DNA of 64,000 nt from Candidatus Ratteibacteria bacterium (GTDB lineage Bacteria; Ratteibacteria; UBA8468; B48-G9; DTJG01), in NCBI GenBank assembly GCA_049971295.1, contig JBMFLH010000001.1, positions 2,245 to 66,244 of the forward strand, written 5' to 3'. Position 1 is the first letter of the stretch, and each line of letters starts with the position of its first letter. Made by a program: the position numbers and the translations under genes. Positions 50,853 through 62,007 of this stretch are shown here, one piece after another. The notes below the pieces were generated by a model. It had not been told where the DNA came from. It saw only the letters and a list, made by a program, of their open reading frames with translations, and ran no database searches.

Positions 50853-51928
50853 AAAAGTATAAAATCACATTGATTCCAGGAGATGGTATAGGTCCAGAAT
50901 TGACAGAAGTTACAAAACGGTGCATCGAAGCAACAGGTGTTAGTATTGATTGGGAAGAATGCGAAGCAGGCATTCCTGCAATTGAAAAATTTGGAGATCC
51001 GCTGCCAGAAAATACAATTCAGTCTATCAAGAAAAATAAGGTTTGCCTCAAAGGGCCAATAACGACACCAGTGGGCACCGGATACAGAAGTATTAATGTG
51101 GCGTTGAGACAGATTTTTAATCTTTATGCCTGCGTCAGACCATTTAAGGTTTATAAAGGTGCAAGAACACTTTATCAGAACATTGACCTGGTGGTTGTGA
51201 GAGAAAACATGGAAGACCTTTACGCCGGGATTGAATTTGAAATGGGAAAACCTGAAACGTTTTCGATTATTCAGGAAATTGAAAAGTTGTCCGGGAAAAA
51301 AATTGGCACAGATTCAGGTATCAGCATAAAACCCATATCAATTTCAGGAACAACGAGAATTGTGAAATTTGCATTTGAATACGCAAGAAAAAATAAGAGG
51401 AAAAAGGTTACCGCCATTCATAAAGCGAACATTATGAAATTCACAGATGGACTATTTCTTGACGTCGCAAGAAAACTATCACTTGAGTATCCTGACATTG
51501 AATTTGAAGATAGAATTGTGGACAATATGGCAATGCAACTGGTGCAAAAACCGCAGAAATATGATGTTCTGGTGTGTCCAAATTTGTATGGAGATATACT
51601 CTCTGACCTATGCGCAGGTCTCGTTGGTGGACTTGGACTCTCGCCAGGTGCAAATTATGGGGACGATGTCGCCATTTTCGAACCCACGCATGGAAGCGCA
51701 CCCAAATATGCAGGAAAAAATGTTGTAAACCCCTCTGCACAGATACTTGCTGCTGTGTTAATGCTTTATTATATTGGCGAGGAAGAGTCGGCTAAAAAAC
51801 TCGAAAACGCATTATCCCGTGTTATTGAAAAAGGAACATACACTACCTATGATTTCAGGCCTGAAGGGACAGAAGGGGTAAGTACCACTGAAATGGGACA
51901 GGCGATTATAAAGGAATTGGAGGATTGA
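50849..51928 (+). CDS. leuB: 3-isopropylmalate dehydrogenase (isocitrate/isopropylmalate dehydrogenase family)
   Basis: ITLIPGDGIGPELTEV N-terminus and the NLYGDILSDL motif; 359 aa. Confidence 0.7.
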   Translation: MKKYKITLIPGDGIGPELTEVTKRCIEATGVSIDWEECEAGIPAIEKFGDPLPENTIQSIKKNKVCLKGPITTPVGTGYRSINVALRQIFNLYACVRPFKVYKGARTLYQNIDLVVVRENMEDLYAGIEFEMGKPETFSIIQEIEKLSGKKIGTDSGISIKPISISGTTRIVKFAFEYARKNKRKKVTAIHKANIMKFTDGLFLDVARKLSLEYPDIEFEDRIVDNMAMQLVQKPQKYDVLVCPNLYGDILSDLCAGLVGGLGLSPGANYGDDVAIFEPTHGSAPKYAGKNVVNPSAQILAAVLMLYYIGEEESAKKLENALSRVIEKGTYTTYDFRPEGTEGVSTTEMGQAIIKELED

Positions 51929-53200
51929 ATGGTAACAGTGGTTGTTGGAACTCAGTGGGGAGACGAAGGCAAAGGTAAAATTATAGATACCCTGGCAGCA
52001 CAACATGATATTGTTGCAAGATATCAGGGTGGAGCCAATGCCGGTCATACTGTCGTCTGGAATAATCAAAAATTTGTTTTTCATCTGATACCATCTGGAC
52101 TTCTTCATAAAAATGTCGTGGGAGTTCTTGGTAATGGAGTAGTGCTGGATCCCTTTTCTTTTTTCCATGAAATGACAGATCTTGAAAATCGCGGCATAGA
52201 TTTTACAAATCGTCTTTTCATCGCAGAAAATGCTCATTTAACTCTGCCTTATCACAAAATTCTTGATCAAATTGAAGATAACAAAAGAGGTAAAGAGAAA
52301 TTAGGTACAACAGGCAGAGGAATTGGCACCACATATGCTGATAAATATGGCCGAATAGGAGTAAGGGTCGTTGATTTTTTGAATGAAGAAGTATTTGTAA
52401 AAAAACTCAACATTGCTCTTGAGTTGAAAAACTACCTTTTTCAACAATATTATAAGGAAGCCACTGTAAAAGTGGATCAACTGGTTGAGGAATACAGTCA
52501 ATACAGAAATAGATTGAGAGAACTTGCCGTTGATGTTTCAACATATGTAAATAATGCAATTGACCTTGGTAAAACAGTTCTGGCAGAAGGAGCTCAGGGA
52601 ACATTCCTTGATATTGACTTTGGAACATATCCTTATGTCACAGCATCAAATCCTATTGCTGGAGGCGCATGCACAGGTCTTGGAATAAGTCCAAAAAGAA
52701 TCACAAAAATCATTGGCATTGCAAAAGCTTACACGACCAGAGTGGGAATGGGACCATTTCCTACAGAAATTAAGGACGATCTGAACGAAAAGTTAAGAAC
52801 AGCTGGCAATGAGTTTGGAGCAACAACAGGTAGGCCAAGAAGATGTGGCTGGTTTGATGCTGTCATTGTAAAATATGCGGCAGTGCTGAATGGGCTGGAT
52901 GAACTTATCATTACGAAACTTGATGTTCTTTCAGGTTTGAAAACCATTAAGGTCGGAGTTAGATATTATTATGAAGGCCATGAGATTAATAAATATCCTC
53001 TTGATACGAATGTATTTGAAAATGTGGAAGTTGAATATGAAACATTTCAGGGATGGGATGAAAATATCAGCAGTGTTTCGGACTTTTCTCATTTACCCGC
53101 AAACGCTAAAAGATATATTGAAAAAATTGAGGAACTTGTCAATACGAAAATTACTGCCGTATCAGTTGGTTCTTCACGAGAGCAGATCATTTCACGATAA
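51929..53200 (+). CDS. purA: Adenylosuccinate synthetase
   Basis: VVVGTQWGDEGKGKIID P-loop and GPFPTE motif; 423 aa. Confidence 0.95.
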   Translation: MVTVVVGTQWGDEGKGKIIDTLAAQHDIVARYQGGANAGHTVVWNNQKFVFHLIPSGLLHKNVVGVLGNGVVLDPFSFFHEMTDLENRGIDFTNRLFIAENAHLTLPYHKILDQIEDNKRGKEKLGTTGRGIGTTYADKYGRIGVRVVDFLNEEVFVKKLNIALELKNYLFQQYYKEATVKVDQLVEEYSQYRNRLRELAVDVSTYVNNAIDLGKTVLAEGAQGTFLDIDFGTYPYVTASNPIAGGACTGLGISPKRITKIIGIAKAYTTRVGMGPFPTEIKDDLNEKLRTAGNEFGATTGRPRRCGWFDAVIVKYAAVLNGLDELIITKLDVLSGLKTIKVGVRYYYEGHEINKYPLDTNVFENVEVEYETFQGWDENISSVSDFSHLPANAKRYIEKIEELVNTKITAVSVGSSREQIISR

Positions 53201-53243
53201 GGTTTCACTTTTTCAGAAGATTAGTACGATTTACTGAGAATGC

Positions 53244-53272
53244 TTGACATTTCAAACAGGTCGTCTTATAAT
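53244..53272 (+). promoter_or_regulatory. Consensus sigma70 promoter (TTGACA-N17-TATAAT) for ilvBNC
   Basis: TTGACA 53244-53249 and TATAAT 53267-53272, about 75 bp upstream of the ilvB start. Confidence 0.55.
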
Positions 53273-53344
53273 TGAGTAAACCTCCAGCAGGTATAAAGCA
53301 CTACGTCTTTTTAAAAATTAAAGGCTTTGAAAACAGGAGAACTA

Positions 53345-55015
53345 ATGAAAGGTGCCCAGATAATCGTTGAGTGCTTGAAAAAAGAAAAGGTTGAGGTGAT
53401 TTTTGGTTATCCGGGAGGCGTTATACTGCCCCTGTGCGATGCGTTGTATGACAGTGGAATTAGATTTATTCTCACGAGACACGAACAGGGTGCTGCACAT
53501 GCAGCGGATGGTTATGCCCGAGCTTCTGGTAAGGTGGGGGTTTGTCTTGCCACATCAGGACCAGGTGCCACAAATCTTACCACAGGCATAGCAACTGCGT
53601 ACATGGATTCCATCCCGTTGATAGCCATTACAGGTCAGGTTGCGACTCAATTAATTGGCAACGACGCCTTTCAGGAGGTTGATACAACCGGTATTTCGAG
53701 GCCAATCACAAAACATAATTATCTTGTAAAAAGTACCGAACATCTTTCAAGGGTGTTCAAGGAGGCATTCTTCATCGCAAGAACTGGAAAACCAGGGCCA
53801 GTTCTTATTGATATTCCGGTTGATGTTCAAAGAGGAGAAGCAGACTTTGTTTATCCTGAAACAATTGAAATTAGAAGTTACAAACCAGTATATCATGGGC
53901 ATCCGGTTCAGATTGAACGAGCCCTATCATTAATTGAATCATCCAGTCAACCACTTATTCTCGCAGGAGGCGGTGTAATCAGTGCCAATGCTTCTGAAGA
54001 GCTTAGAAAGTTTGCAGAGAAAGCAAATATTCCAGTTGCCCTCACATTGATGGGACTGGGAAGCTTCCCAACTGAACATCCACTTTATCTGGGTATGGTT
54101 GGTATGCATGGAACACGATACGGCAATCATGCCATAATGGATACAGACCTTTTGATTGCAATAGGATGTAGATTTGATGACAGGGTAACAGGAAAAATTA
54201 GCGAATTTGCTCCACATGCGAAAATTATCCATATTGACATCGATCCTGCTTCCATTGGCAAAAATGTTCCGGTGGAAATACCAATTGTGGGAGATGTCAA
54301 GAATGTCCTTTCTCAAATGTTGAAAAATTGCCCAAAGCCAAAAACAAAAGAATGGCTTGAAAAAATACAACAATGGAAGGAAAAATATCCTCTTACATAC
54401 AAAAATACTGATGGCCTTAAGCCGCAGTTTGTTGTTGAGACTATCTCTGAACTTACACGAGGTGAGGCGATCATCGCAACAGAAGTAGGACAGAATCAGA
54501 TGTGGGCGGCTCAATACTATAAATTCAAACACCCAAGAACATTCATATCCTCTGGCGGATTGGGAACCATGGGATTTGGTTTTCCCGCTGCGATAGGTGC
54601 ACAGGTGGCATGCAGGGATAAAACAGTTATAGATATAGCCGGAGACGGCAGTATCCAGATGAACATTCAGGAACTCAGCACTGCGGTTTCAGAAAAAATC
54701 CCGGTTAAGGTTGTAATTTTGAATAATTGCCATCTCGGTATGGTAAGACAGTGGCAGGAACTATTCTACGATAGGAGATATGCTTTTACTTGCATGAAAG
54801 GGAAGCAACCAGATTTTGTAAAAATTGCAGAAGCATATGGCGCCACAGGTTATAGAGTTACAAAAAAGAATGAGTTGAAGAAAATACTGATCAAGGCACT
54901 GTCTCATAATGATGGACCTGTGTTTGTGGATTGCCATGTGGAACCAGAAGAAAATGTCTTTCCCATGGTACCAGCAGGAGCAAGTTTAAAAGAAATGATT
55001 GGAGGACTCGCATAA
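53345..55015 (+). CDS. ilvB: Acetolactate synthase large subunit (ThDP/FAD-dependent)
   Basis: [26 protein letters not shown]-terminus; ThDP motif [12 protein letters not shown]. Start 53345 behind a GGAG RBS; the alternative ATG at 53327 is in frame. Confidence 0.9.
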   Translation: MKGAQIIVECLKKEKVEVIFGYPGGVILPLCDALYDSGIRFILTRHEQGAAHAADGYARASGKVGVCLATSGPGATNLTTGIATAYMDSIPLIAITGQVATQLIGNDAFQEVDTTGISRPITKHNYLVKSTEHLSRVFKEAFFIARTGKPGPVLIDIPVDVQRGEADFVYPETIEIRSYKPVYHGHPVQIERALSLIESSSQPLILAGGGVISANASEELRKFAEKANIPVALTLMGLGSFPTEHPLYLGMVGMHGTRYGNHAIMDTDLLIAIGCRFDDRVTGKISEFAPHAKIIHIDIDPASIGKNVPVEIPIVGDVKNVLSQMLKNCPKPKTKEWLEKIQQWKEKYPLTYKNTDGLKPQFVVETISELTRGEAIIATEVGQNQMWAAQYYKFKHPRTFISSGGLGTMGFGFPAAIGAQVACRDKTVIDIAGDGSIQMNIQELSTAVSEKIPVKVVILNNCHLGMVRQWQELFYDRRYAFTCMKGKQPDFVKIAEAYGATGYRVTKKNELKKILIKALSHNDGPVFVDCHVEPEENVFPMVPAGASLKEMIGGLA

Positions 55016-55519
55016 ATGATAGAAAAAAGTCAACATATCATTTCTGTCACTGTTGAAAACAGGTCTGGTGTTCTCGCGAGAATCGCTGGATTGTTTTCAG
55101 CCCGTGGTTATAACATTGATAGCCTTGCGGTTGCAGAAACAGAAGATCCCACTGTTTCAAGAATGTCAATTGTTGTACGGGGAGATGAAAAAATACTCGA
55201 ACAGATATATAAACAGCTCAATAAACTTATCGATGTGATCAAGGTTCAGGATTTAACATCAGAAGAACACATTGAGAGAGAACTTGTACTTCTGAAAGTA
55301 AATACAGCAAATAGCAATGTTAGAAATGAGATCGTACAATTGGTCAATATTTTTCGTGCTAAAATTGTTGACGTGGGCAGAAAAAGCCTTACAATAGAGC
55401 TAGTGGGTAGTAGACCTAAGGTTGACGCCATGATAGACCTTATGAAGGGATTTGGAATAAAAGAAATCACCAGAACAGGAAGAATTGCAATCTGCAGAGA
55501 ATCTGGAAAAGAAAAGTAA
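55016..55519 (+). CDS. ilvN: Acetolactate synthase small (regulatory, ACT-domain) subunit
   Basis: [32 protein letters not shown] domain. Start abuts the ilvB stop. Confidence 0.85.
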   Translation: MIEKSQHIISVTVENRSGVLARIAGLFSARGYNIDSLAVAETEDPTVSRMSIVVRGDEKILEQIYKQLNKLIDVIKVQDLTSEEHIERELVLLKVNTANSNVRNEIVQLVNIFRAKIVDVGRKSLTIELVGSRPKVDAMIDLMKGFGIKEITRTGRIAICRESGKEK

Positions 55520-55551
55520 ACAATTCACCTTTTAAACAGGCGGAGGAGAAA

Positions 55552-56550
55552 ATGGCGAAGATTTATTACGATAATGACGCTGATTTAGGTATTTTGAAAA
55601 ACAAAACAGTGGGAATCATCGGTTATGGAAGTCAGGGAAGAGCACATGCGTTAAATCTGAGAGATAGCGGAATCAATGTCATAGTATCCGAATTAAAAGG
55701 AACCAACAACTGGATACTTGCTGAAAAGGATAATTTTACTCCCACCAGCACTGCGGATTTGGTGAAAAAAGCAGATATCATGATGATGTTAACCCAGGAC
55801 AATCTTCAACCCATCGTGTATGAAAATGAAATCAAAACAAATATGAAAGATGGGCAGGCACTTGGTTTTGCTCATGGGTTTTCAATTGTTTACAGTCAAA
55901 TCAAAGTCGCTTCAACCATAGATATATTTATGGTTGCACCAAAGGGACCTGGTGACCTGGTAAGAACTCAATTTCTCGAAGGGAAGGGCGTACCGTGTCT
56001 TGTCGCTGTTGAACAGAATCCCACTGGAAATGCATTAAAAATTGCTCTTGCCTATGCAAAAGCACTCGGAGGCACCAGATGCGGAGTTGTTGAAACCACT
56101 TTTCAAGAAGAAACAGAAACTGACCTTTTTGGTGAACAGGTTGTGCTATGCGGCGGTGTTACAGAATTGATCAAAGCATCCTTTGAAACACTTGTTGAAG
56201 CGGGCTATCAACCTGAGATTGCCTATTACGAAACATGCCATGAATTGAAACTCATTGTCGACTTGATTATAGAAAGAGGCATCCAGGGCATGCGAAAGGT
56301 AATCAGTGATACTGCTGAGTATGGAGACATGACAAGGGGACCAAGAATTATTAATGAATCTGTTCGCCAGGAAATGAAAAGAATATTGAAAGAAGTCCAG
56401 GAAGGAACATTCGCCCGCGAGTGGATACTTGAAAACAGAGTTGGCAGACCTGTATTTAATGCACTTGCAAAAAAAGCTGAAAAACATCTCATAGAAGAAG
56501 TCGGGACAAAAATGAGAAGTATGATGCCATGGTTAAAAAAGACACGATAA
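55552..56550 (+). CDS. ilvC: Ketol-acid reductoisomerase
   Basis: [20 protein letters not shown] Rossmann motif and a conserved C-terminal knotted domain. Confidence 0.95.
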   Translation: MAKIYYDNDADLGILKNKTVGIIGYGSQGRAHALNLRDSGINVIVSELKGTNNWILAEKDNFTPTSTADLVKKADIMMMLTQDNLQPIVYENEIKTNMKDGQALGFAHGFSIVYSQIKVASTIDIFMVAPKGPGDLVRTQFLEGKGVPCLVAVEQNPTGNALKIALAYAKALGGTRCGVVETTFQEETETDLFGEQVVLCGGVTELIKASFETLVEAGYQPEIAYYETCHELKLIVDLIIERGIQGMRKVISDTAEYGDMTRGPRIINESVRQEMKRILKEVQEGTFAREWILENRVGRPVFNALAKKAEKHLIEEVGTKMRSMMPWLKKTR

Positions 56551-56596
56551 GCTACAATCAATTTGAGCAGAACTGCGTCATAACATCGGAGGGTGT

Positions 56597-57259
56597 ATGC
56601 ACGAACTTTTATTAGCCCCTACAAAAGAACTTATTAATAGATTGGGCGGCGCAATTTCAAAATTACTTTTCGGTTTACTGGTTTTTATCGTCGGATGGAT
56701 TGTTGCAAAAGTTTTCAAAATTCTGGCGACAAAATTCTTGAAGATGCTTAAAATTGATAAACTTGTTGAGGACTCTGGATTTCGAGAAATATTACTGAGA
56801 GGTCAAATAACAAAAGAACCATCTGAGTTACTTGCGAGTGTTATATACTGGTTACTTCTGATTGTTGTCGTATTCCTTTCCATCAATGTGGCAGGTATTC
56901 CCATCCCTCAGGACGTTATCGAAAATCTCCTCTCCTTTATCCCGAAAATTATCATCGGTCTCATCCTGTTTATTGCAGCACTTTTGGTTGGCAATATCGT
57001 TGAAGGAGTTGTAAATACTGCAGCTGGAAACGCAGGAATACAAAAGTCGTATGTACTCGGAAAAACAGCAAAAACAGTGATTATCATATTTGGAGTGGTT
57101 CTTGCTCTTGACGAAATGGGTATTGGAGGAAACTTCGTTACATCAGTTTTTAACATCATTCTTGCCAGTGGAGCACTTGCTTTTGCGCTTGCATTTGGGC
57201 TCGGAGCAAAAGATGTGGTGAAAAACTGGCTTGAGGAATTTCTAACAAAGAAACAATGA
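56597..57259 (+). CDS. Small integral membrane protein (MscS-N-terminal-like TM helices), unknown function
   Basis: 220 aa, 4-5 TM, no soluble domain. Confidence 0.5.
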   Translation: MHELLLAPTKELINRLGGAISKLLFGLLVFIVGWIVAKVFKILATKFLKMLKIDKLVEDSGFREILLRGQITKEPSELLASVIYWLLLIVVVFLSINVAGIPIPQDVIENLLSFIPKIIIGLILFIAALLVGNIVEGVVNTAAGNAGIQKSYVLGKTAKTVIIIFGVVLALDEMGIGGNFVTSVFNIILASGALAFALAFGLGAKDVVKNWLEEFLTKKQ

Positions 57260-57813
57260 GGGTGTTTTCGGGCATTAAATTGACGGATGAAGTGGTTGAC
57301 AATCTGGAGCAAATTACTGTGATGCTTTCAAAACACACCAGTACAATAAAAGTTGTCCCTGCAAAAAATCTACATATTACGCTGCGATTTCTTGGAAACA
57401 TAGAAGAAGAAAAATATCAGGAGTTTCTTCTTAATCTTGAGGATGCATTTAATTCTCTCACACCATTTTATGTTGATATACAGGGTATTGGATTTTTCCC
57501 GAATAAAAGGAATGTAAAAGTTATCTGGGCTGGTGTGAAAAACCATCCTTCTCTTTTACTCATCCACGATATTATGGAAAGCACCGCAACAAAAATTGGT
57601 TTGCCTCCAGAAAACAAATTTCACGCTCATGTCACCCTTGGAAGAACCCGTTCACAAATCAGCCCGAACTTTTTACAAAAACTGGAAACCAAATTTCAGA
57701 ATCAACACTGGGGAAAAATGGAAGTTAATCACATTATAATTTTCGAATCAATTCTTCATCAAACAGGACCGGAATACAAAGAACTTGTAAAAATTCCTAT
57801 AGGAGGAAACTAA
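57256..57813 (+). CDS. thpR: RNA 2',3'-cyclic phosphodiesterase (2H family, LigT/ThpR)
   Basis: Two H-x-T-x motifs (HITLRF, HVTLGR). Confidence 0.8.
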   Translation: MRVFSGIKLTDEVVDNLEQITVMLSKHTSTIKVVPAKNLHITLRFLGNIEEEKYQEFLLNLEDAFNSLTPFYVDIQGIGFFPNKRNVKVIWAGVKNHPSLLLIHDIMESTATKIGLPPENKFHAHVTLGRTRSQISPNFLQKLETKFQNQHWGKMEVNHIIIFESILHQTGPEYKELVKIPIGGN

Positions 57814-57814
57814 T

Positions 57815-58843
57815 ATGGACAAAGAAAAAGCACTTTCAATGGCAATCGAACAAATTGAAAAAAATTTTGGCAAAGGCTCTATCATGAAACTCGGAGAAAA
57901 AACGCGACTCGAGGTAGACGTTATTCCAACAGGAGCGATTTCTCTTGATATTGCGCTTGGTGTTGGAGGTATTCCAAGGGGAAGAATCACTGAAATTTTT
58001 GGACAGGAATCATCAGGAAAAACAACCCTGGCATTACAGGTAATCGCAGAAGCGCAAAAAAGTGGAGGTCAAGCTGCTTTTATTGATGCAGAACATGCTT
58101 TGAATCCGAATTACGCGCAAAAGCTTGGAGTAAATCTGGATGAATTACTGATAAGCCAGCCAGATACCGGAGAACAGGCACTGGAAATTGCAGAATCTCT
58201 GATACGAAGTAATGCAATTGATGTAGTTGTGATTGATTCTGTTGCAGCCCTCGTTCCGAGAGCAGAACTGGAAGGAGAAATGGGAGATTCTGTGATGGGG
58301 CTGCAAGCAAGATTAATGTCGCAGGCATTAAGGAAACTCACGGGCTACATCAGTAAATCCCAGACAGCTGCCATTTTCATCAACCAGGTAAGGGAAAAGA
58401 TCGGCATGTTTTTTGGAAATCCTGAAACTACACCAGGTGGTCGCGCACTAAAATTTTATTCCTCTGTCAGACTTGAAGTAAGAAGAATTGAAAATCTCAA
58501 AACAAGCCAGGGCGAAATGTACGGGATCAGAATAAAAACCAAAATTGTAAAGAACAAGGTTGCCCCACCTTTCAAAGAAGCAGAGATAGATATTTTGTTT
58601 GATTCAGGCGTCTCAAAAGAAGGTTCAGCAATAGATGCAGGATTATCTTTCAATGTGATTGAAAAAAAGGGAAATCATTTTTATTTTGGCGAAAAGGCAC
58701 TCGGACACGGAAGAGAAAGCGCTATTAGGTATTTGAAGGACAACCCAGATGTATATAATCTATTGGTAAGGAAAATCAGACAGAAGGCAGGAATGGAAAA
58801 AGAAACTGAACAAACAGATCAGGAAAAAGGAAAAACAAAATAG
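57815..58843 (+). CDS. recA: Recombinase RecA
   Basis: GQESSGKTT Walker A and canonical RecA L1/L2 regions; 342 aa. Confidence 0.97.
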   Translation: MDKEKALSMAIEQIEKNFGKGSIMKLGEKTRLEVDVIPTGAISLDIALGVGGIPRGRITEIFGQESSGKTTLALQVIAEAQKSGGQAAFIDAEHALNPNYAQKLGVNLDELLISQPDTGEQALEIAESLIRSNAIDVVVIDSVAALVPRAELEGEMGDSVMGLQARLMSQALRKLTGYISKSQTAAIFINQVREKIGMFFGNPETTPGGRALKFYSSVRLEVRRIENLKTSQGEMYGIRIKTKIVKNKVAPPFKEAEIDILFDSGVSKEGSAIDAGLSFNVIEKKGNHFYFGEKALGHGRESAIRYLKDNPDVYNLLVRKIRQKAGMEKETEQTDQEKGKTK

Positions 58844-58856
58844 CACGGAGGGAAAA

Positions 58857-60035
58857 ATGGAAAAGAAGCAGATCAATGTAGGATTGATCGGGTATAAGTT
58901 TATGGGAAAAGCACACTCACATGCATATAAGGATGTATCGCTATTTTTTGATACACCTGTTATCCCGATAATGAAGGTAATATGTGGAAGACACGATGTA
59001 CCGCTATCAATTGCGCAGGAAAAGTTTGGATGGCAGGAAAGAACAACTGACTGGAAAAAAATTATCAGCAGGACTGATATTGACCTGGTGGATATTACCA
59101 CGCCTCCTGACGAACATAAAGATATTGCAATTGAAGCCGCAAAAGAAGGAAAAGTTGTATTCTGTGAAAAGCCACTTGCAAATTCCTTGAAAGAAGGATA
59201 TGAAATGCTTGAAGCGGTTGAAAAATACAGAGTCAAACACGCAATCTGTTTCAACTACCGAAAACTTCCCGCAGTGGGGCTGGCAAAAAAACTCATTGAA
59301 GAAGGTAAACTTGGAAAAATTTATCATATGCGTGCCGTTTATCTTCAGGATTGGATACTTGACCCTGAATTCCCACTTGTATGGCGACTGCAAAGAAAAA
59401 TTGCGGGTTCAGGAGCCCACGGAGATTTAAATGCGCACCTCATTGATATGGCAAGATACCTTGTAGGCGAGTTCAGTGAGGTTGTTGGAATAAGCGAAAC
59501 TTTCATAAAAGAAAGACCTCTTTTAATAGAAAAAGACGATCTGAACACAGGGCTGGTTGTGACAGAAAAATCAGATAAAAAAGGGAAAGTTGATGTTGAC
59601 GATGCCACAATTTTCCTTGCAAGGTTTGAAAACGGGGCAATAGGGTCTTTCGAAGCCACAAGATTCGCTCCAGGAAGAAAAAATGGACAAAGATGGGAAA
59701 TTAATGGCAGCAAAGGTAGTATTGTATTTAATCTGGAACGGCTTAATGAACTTGAATATTATTCAGTTGATGACCCTGCCTGTGTTCAAGGTTTCCGCAC
59801 TATTATTGCCACAGACACATCCCATCCCTATGCTACAAACTGGTGGCCAGCAGGTCACATTATAGGCTACGGGGACTCTTTTGTTAACATGGTAGCAGAT
59901 TTACTGAACTCTATTGCAAATAATCAGATGCCGTCTCCAAACTTTGTAGATGGGGTAAAGTGCCAGGAAGTGCTGGACGCTGTAGAAGAATCCATCAAAC
60001 AGGGCAAATGGGTGAAAATTGCATCAAAGATCTAA
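58857..60035 (+). CDS. Gfo/Idh/MocA-family oxidoreductase
   Basis: INVGLIGYKFMGKAHSHAY Rossmann N-terminus and C-terminal GFO_IDH_MocA_C fold. Confidence 0.8.
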   Translation: MEKKQINVGLIGYKFMGKAHSHAYKDVSLFFDTPVIPIMKVICGRHDVPLSIAQEKFGWQERTTDWKKIISRTDIDLVDITTPPDEHKDIAIEAAKEGKVVFCEKPLANSLKEGYEMLEAVEKYRVKHAICFNYRKLPAVGLAKKLIEEGKLGKIYHMRAVYLQDWILDPEFPLVWRLQRKIAGSGAHGDLNAHLIDMARYLVGEFSEVVGISETFIKERPLLIEKDDLNTGLVVTEKSDKKGKVDVDDATIFLARFENGAIGSFEATRFAPGRKNGQRWEINGSKGSIVFNLERLNELEYYSVDDPACVQGFRTIIATDTSHPYATNWWPAGHIIGYGDSFVNMVADLLNSIANNQMPSPNFVDGVKCQEVLDAVEESIKQGKWVKIASKI

Positions 60036-60092
60036 ACCTTTTTTTATTTTTTGCATCTAAAATTTGAGTAAACACAAATCAAGGAGGATCTT

Positions 60093-61580
60093 ATGGAAAT
60101 GAAAAAATTTTTTGGGCTTGGTATTATAGCAGGAATTATCGGAGGATGTTTTACATTTGGAGCAATTTATGCGGTTACAAAGCAGGGTATATCTGTCAGC
60201 ACTAATATAAGACCCGTTCAGGTAGTCGATTCACAGGGTGCGTATGGACTCCAGAATGCATTCGTACAGGTTGTAAAAATGGTCAAACCAGCAGTGGTGA
60301 TGATCACAACCGAAAAAACAGTTACATACAGGTACTGGAATCCTTTTGGAGATGATTTTTTCAATCAGTTTTTCGAAGACTTCGGATTTCCACGACGCCA
60401 GCAACAACCAAAAACATTTAAGAAAAAACAGGAAGGACTTGGTTCGGGATTTATTGTAGATGAAGAGGGCTATATTCTTACAAATAACCATGTGATACAG
60501 GGTGTAGATAGAATCCTTGTAAAACTGATGAATGACGAAAAAAAGTATGAAGCAAAAATCGTTGGAACTGATTCCAGAACAGACCTTGCCCTTATCAAAA
60601 TTAATCCCGGTAGAAAACTTCCCACAATTATACTCGGTGATTCAGATGCCATTGAAATTGGTGAATGGGCCATTGCAATAGGAAATCCTATGGGACTAGA
60701 AGAAACAGTAACTGTTGGTGTTATAAGCGCTAAAGGTAGAAGTGTACTTGGAAACAGTCCATACGAGGATTTTATACAAACAGACGCAGCCATTAATCCT
60801 GGAAATTCAGGAGGGCCTCTGGTAAACATTAAGGGAGAGGTTATAGGAATAAACACAGCCATCATCGCACCGTATGTTGCCCAGAATATTGGGTTCGCAA
60901 TCCCGATAAACATTGCAAAAAAAGTTTTCAGAGAACTAAAAACAACAGGAAAAGTAACACGAGGATTTCTTGGGGTATATCTGCAACAAGTGACCGAAGA
61001 ACTGGCATCTTCTTTTGGCTTAAAGGAAACAAAAGGAGCTCTGGTATCAGATGTAATGCCTAACACCCCTGCCGAAAAAGCTGGGCTCAAACCAGGCGAC
61101 ATCATCCTTGAATTCAATGGAAGCCCTGTCGCAGATCCAAAAGATTTACAAAAAAAGGTTGCTGATGCTAAAGTAGGAGAAACAGCAACACTGACAGTAT
61201 GGCGCGATAAGAAAAAAATCAGTGTCCAGATAAAAATCGCTGAAAGACCCGAAGAAGAAACCATTGCAAAATCTGAGAGCGAACCGTTGCAAAAAACATG
61301 GAGAGGGCTTAAAGTCAGCGATATTACAGAAGAAATGAGGAAACAGTTTAACATCGCTACTTCAGTAAAAGGGATCATTGTTATTAGTGTTGAACCTGGT
61401 TCTCCGGCGGATGAATGTGAAATTACTCCAGGAACCGTAATAAGAAAAATCAATGAATGGCCGGTTTCAAGTGTAAAAGAGTTTCAAGCCATCATCGATA
61501 AAATTGACAAAAAATCTTCTGTCACGTTATGGGTACAACAGGAAGGAAACAACAGATTCTGCATTCTCAAAGGTGAATAA
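60093..61580 (+). CDS. degP: Periplasmic serine endoprotease DegP/HtrA (trypsin domain plus two PDZ)
   Basis: Signal/TM N-terminus and catalytic triad context (TNNHVI, GNSGGPLVN). Confidence 0.9.
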   Translation: MEMKKFFGLGIIAGIIGGCFTFGAIYAVTKQGISVSTNIRPVQVVDSQGAYGLQNAFVQVVKMVKPAVVMITTEKTVTYRYWNPFGDDFFNQFFEDFGFPRRQQQPKTFKKKQEGLGSGFIVDEEGYILTNNHVIQGVDRILVKLMNDEKKYEAKIVGTDSRTDLALIKINPGRKLPTIILGDSDAIEIGEWAIAIGNPMGLEETVTVGVISAKGRSVLGNSPYEDFIQTDAAINPGNSGGPLVNIKGEVIGINTAIIAPYVAQNIGFAIPINIAKKVFRELKTTGKVTRGFLGVYLQQVTEELASSFGLKETKGALVSDVMPNTPAEKAGLKPGDIILEFNGSPVADPKDLQKKVADAKVGETATLTVWRDKKKISVQIKIAERPEEETIAKSESEPLQKTWRGLKVSDITEEMRKQFNIATSVKGIIVISVEPGSPADECEITPGTVIRKINEWPVSSVKEFQAIIDKIDKKSSVTLWVQQEGNNRFCILKGE

Positions 61581-62007
61581 ACAAAACCAGATTCTGAAAG
61601 ATGCACTGAAAATATTAAGTACAAAGGAAGTTTCAGAATATAAACTCAGACAAACCCTTGAGAAAAAAGGATATAAGGACCCGGAACTATCAAAGACGAT
61701 AGACTACCTGAAATCAAAGAATTTTCTGAGTGATTACAGGTTCTGTAGTCTAATCATAGAAAAAAACGTCAAGAAAAAGAAGGGACTGAATTATATCCGA
61801 TATTTTCTCGCCAATCAAGGTGTGCCAGAACACATCATATCTGAAGCTCTTGCAAGAATGTACCCAGAGAGTTTAGAATATAATATAGCAAAAGAATTGG
61901 TATTTTCAATTAAAAAGCCTTTTCATAAGATGTTATATGTTCTAAACTCCAGAGGTTTCAGTGAACAAACCATTGAAAAACTGAAAGGGGAAATCAGTGA
62001 AGAGTAA
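61504..62007 (+). CDS. recX: Regulatory protein RecX
   Basis: Three-helix-repeat RecX pattern (ALKILSTKEVSEYKLRQTLEKKGY ... YIRYFLANQGVPEHII). The ATG at 61504 overlaps degP by 77 nt; an in-frame GTG at 61573 is a possible start. Confidence 0.7.
   Translation: MTKNLLSRYGYNRKETTDSAFSKVNKQNQILKDALKILSTKEVSEYKLRQTLEKKGYKDPELSKTIDYLKSKNFLSDYRFCSLIIEKNVKKKKGLNYIRYFLANQGVPEHIISEALARMYPESLEYNIAKELVFSIKKPFHKMLYVLNSRGFSEQTIEKLKGEISEE

Noticed and set aside
51441-51812. Overlapping 60-100-aa ORFs on both strands inside leuB
   Set aside because: They lie in a conserved coding region of leuB and are Arg/His-rich shadow frames.
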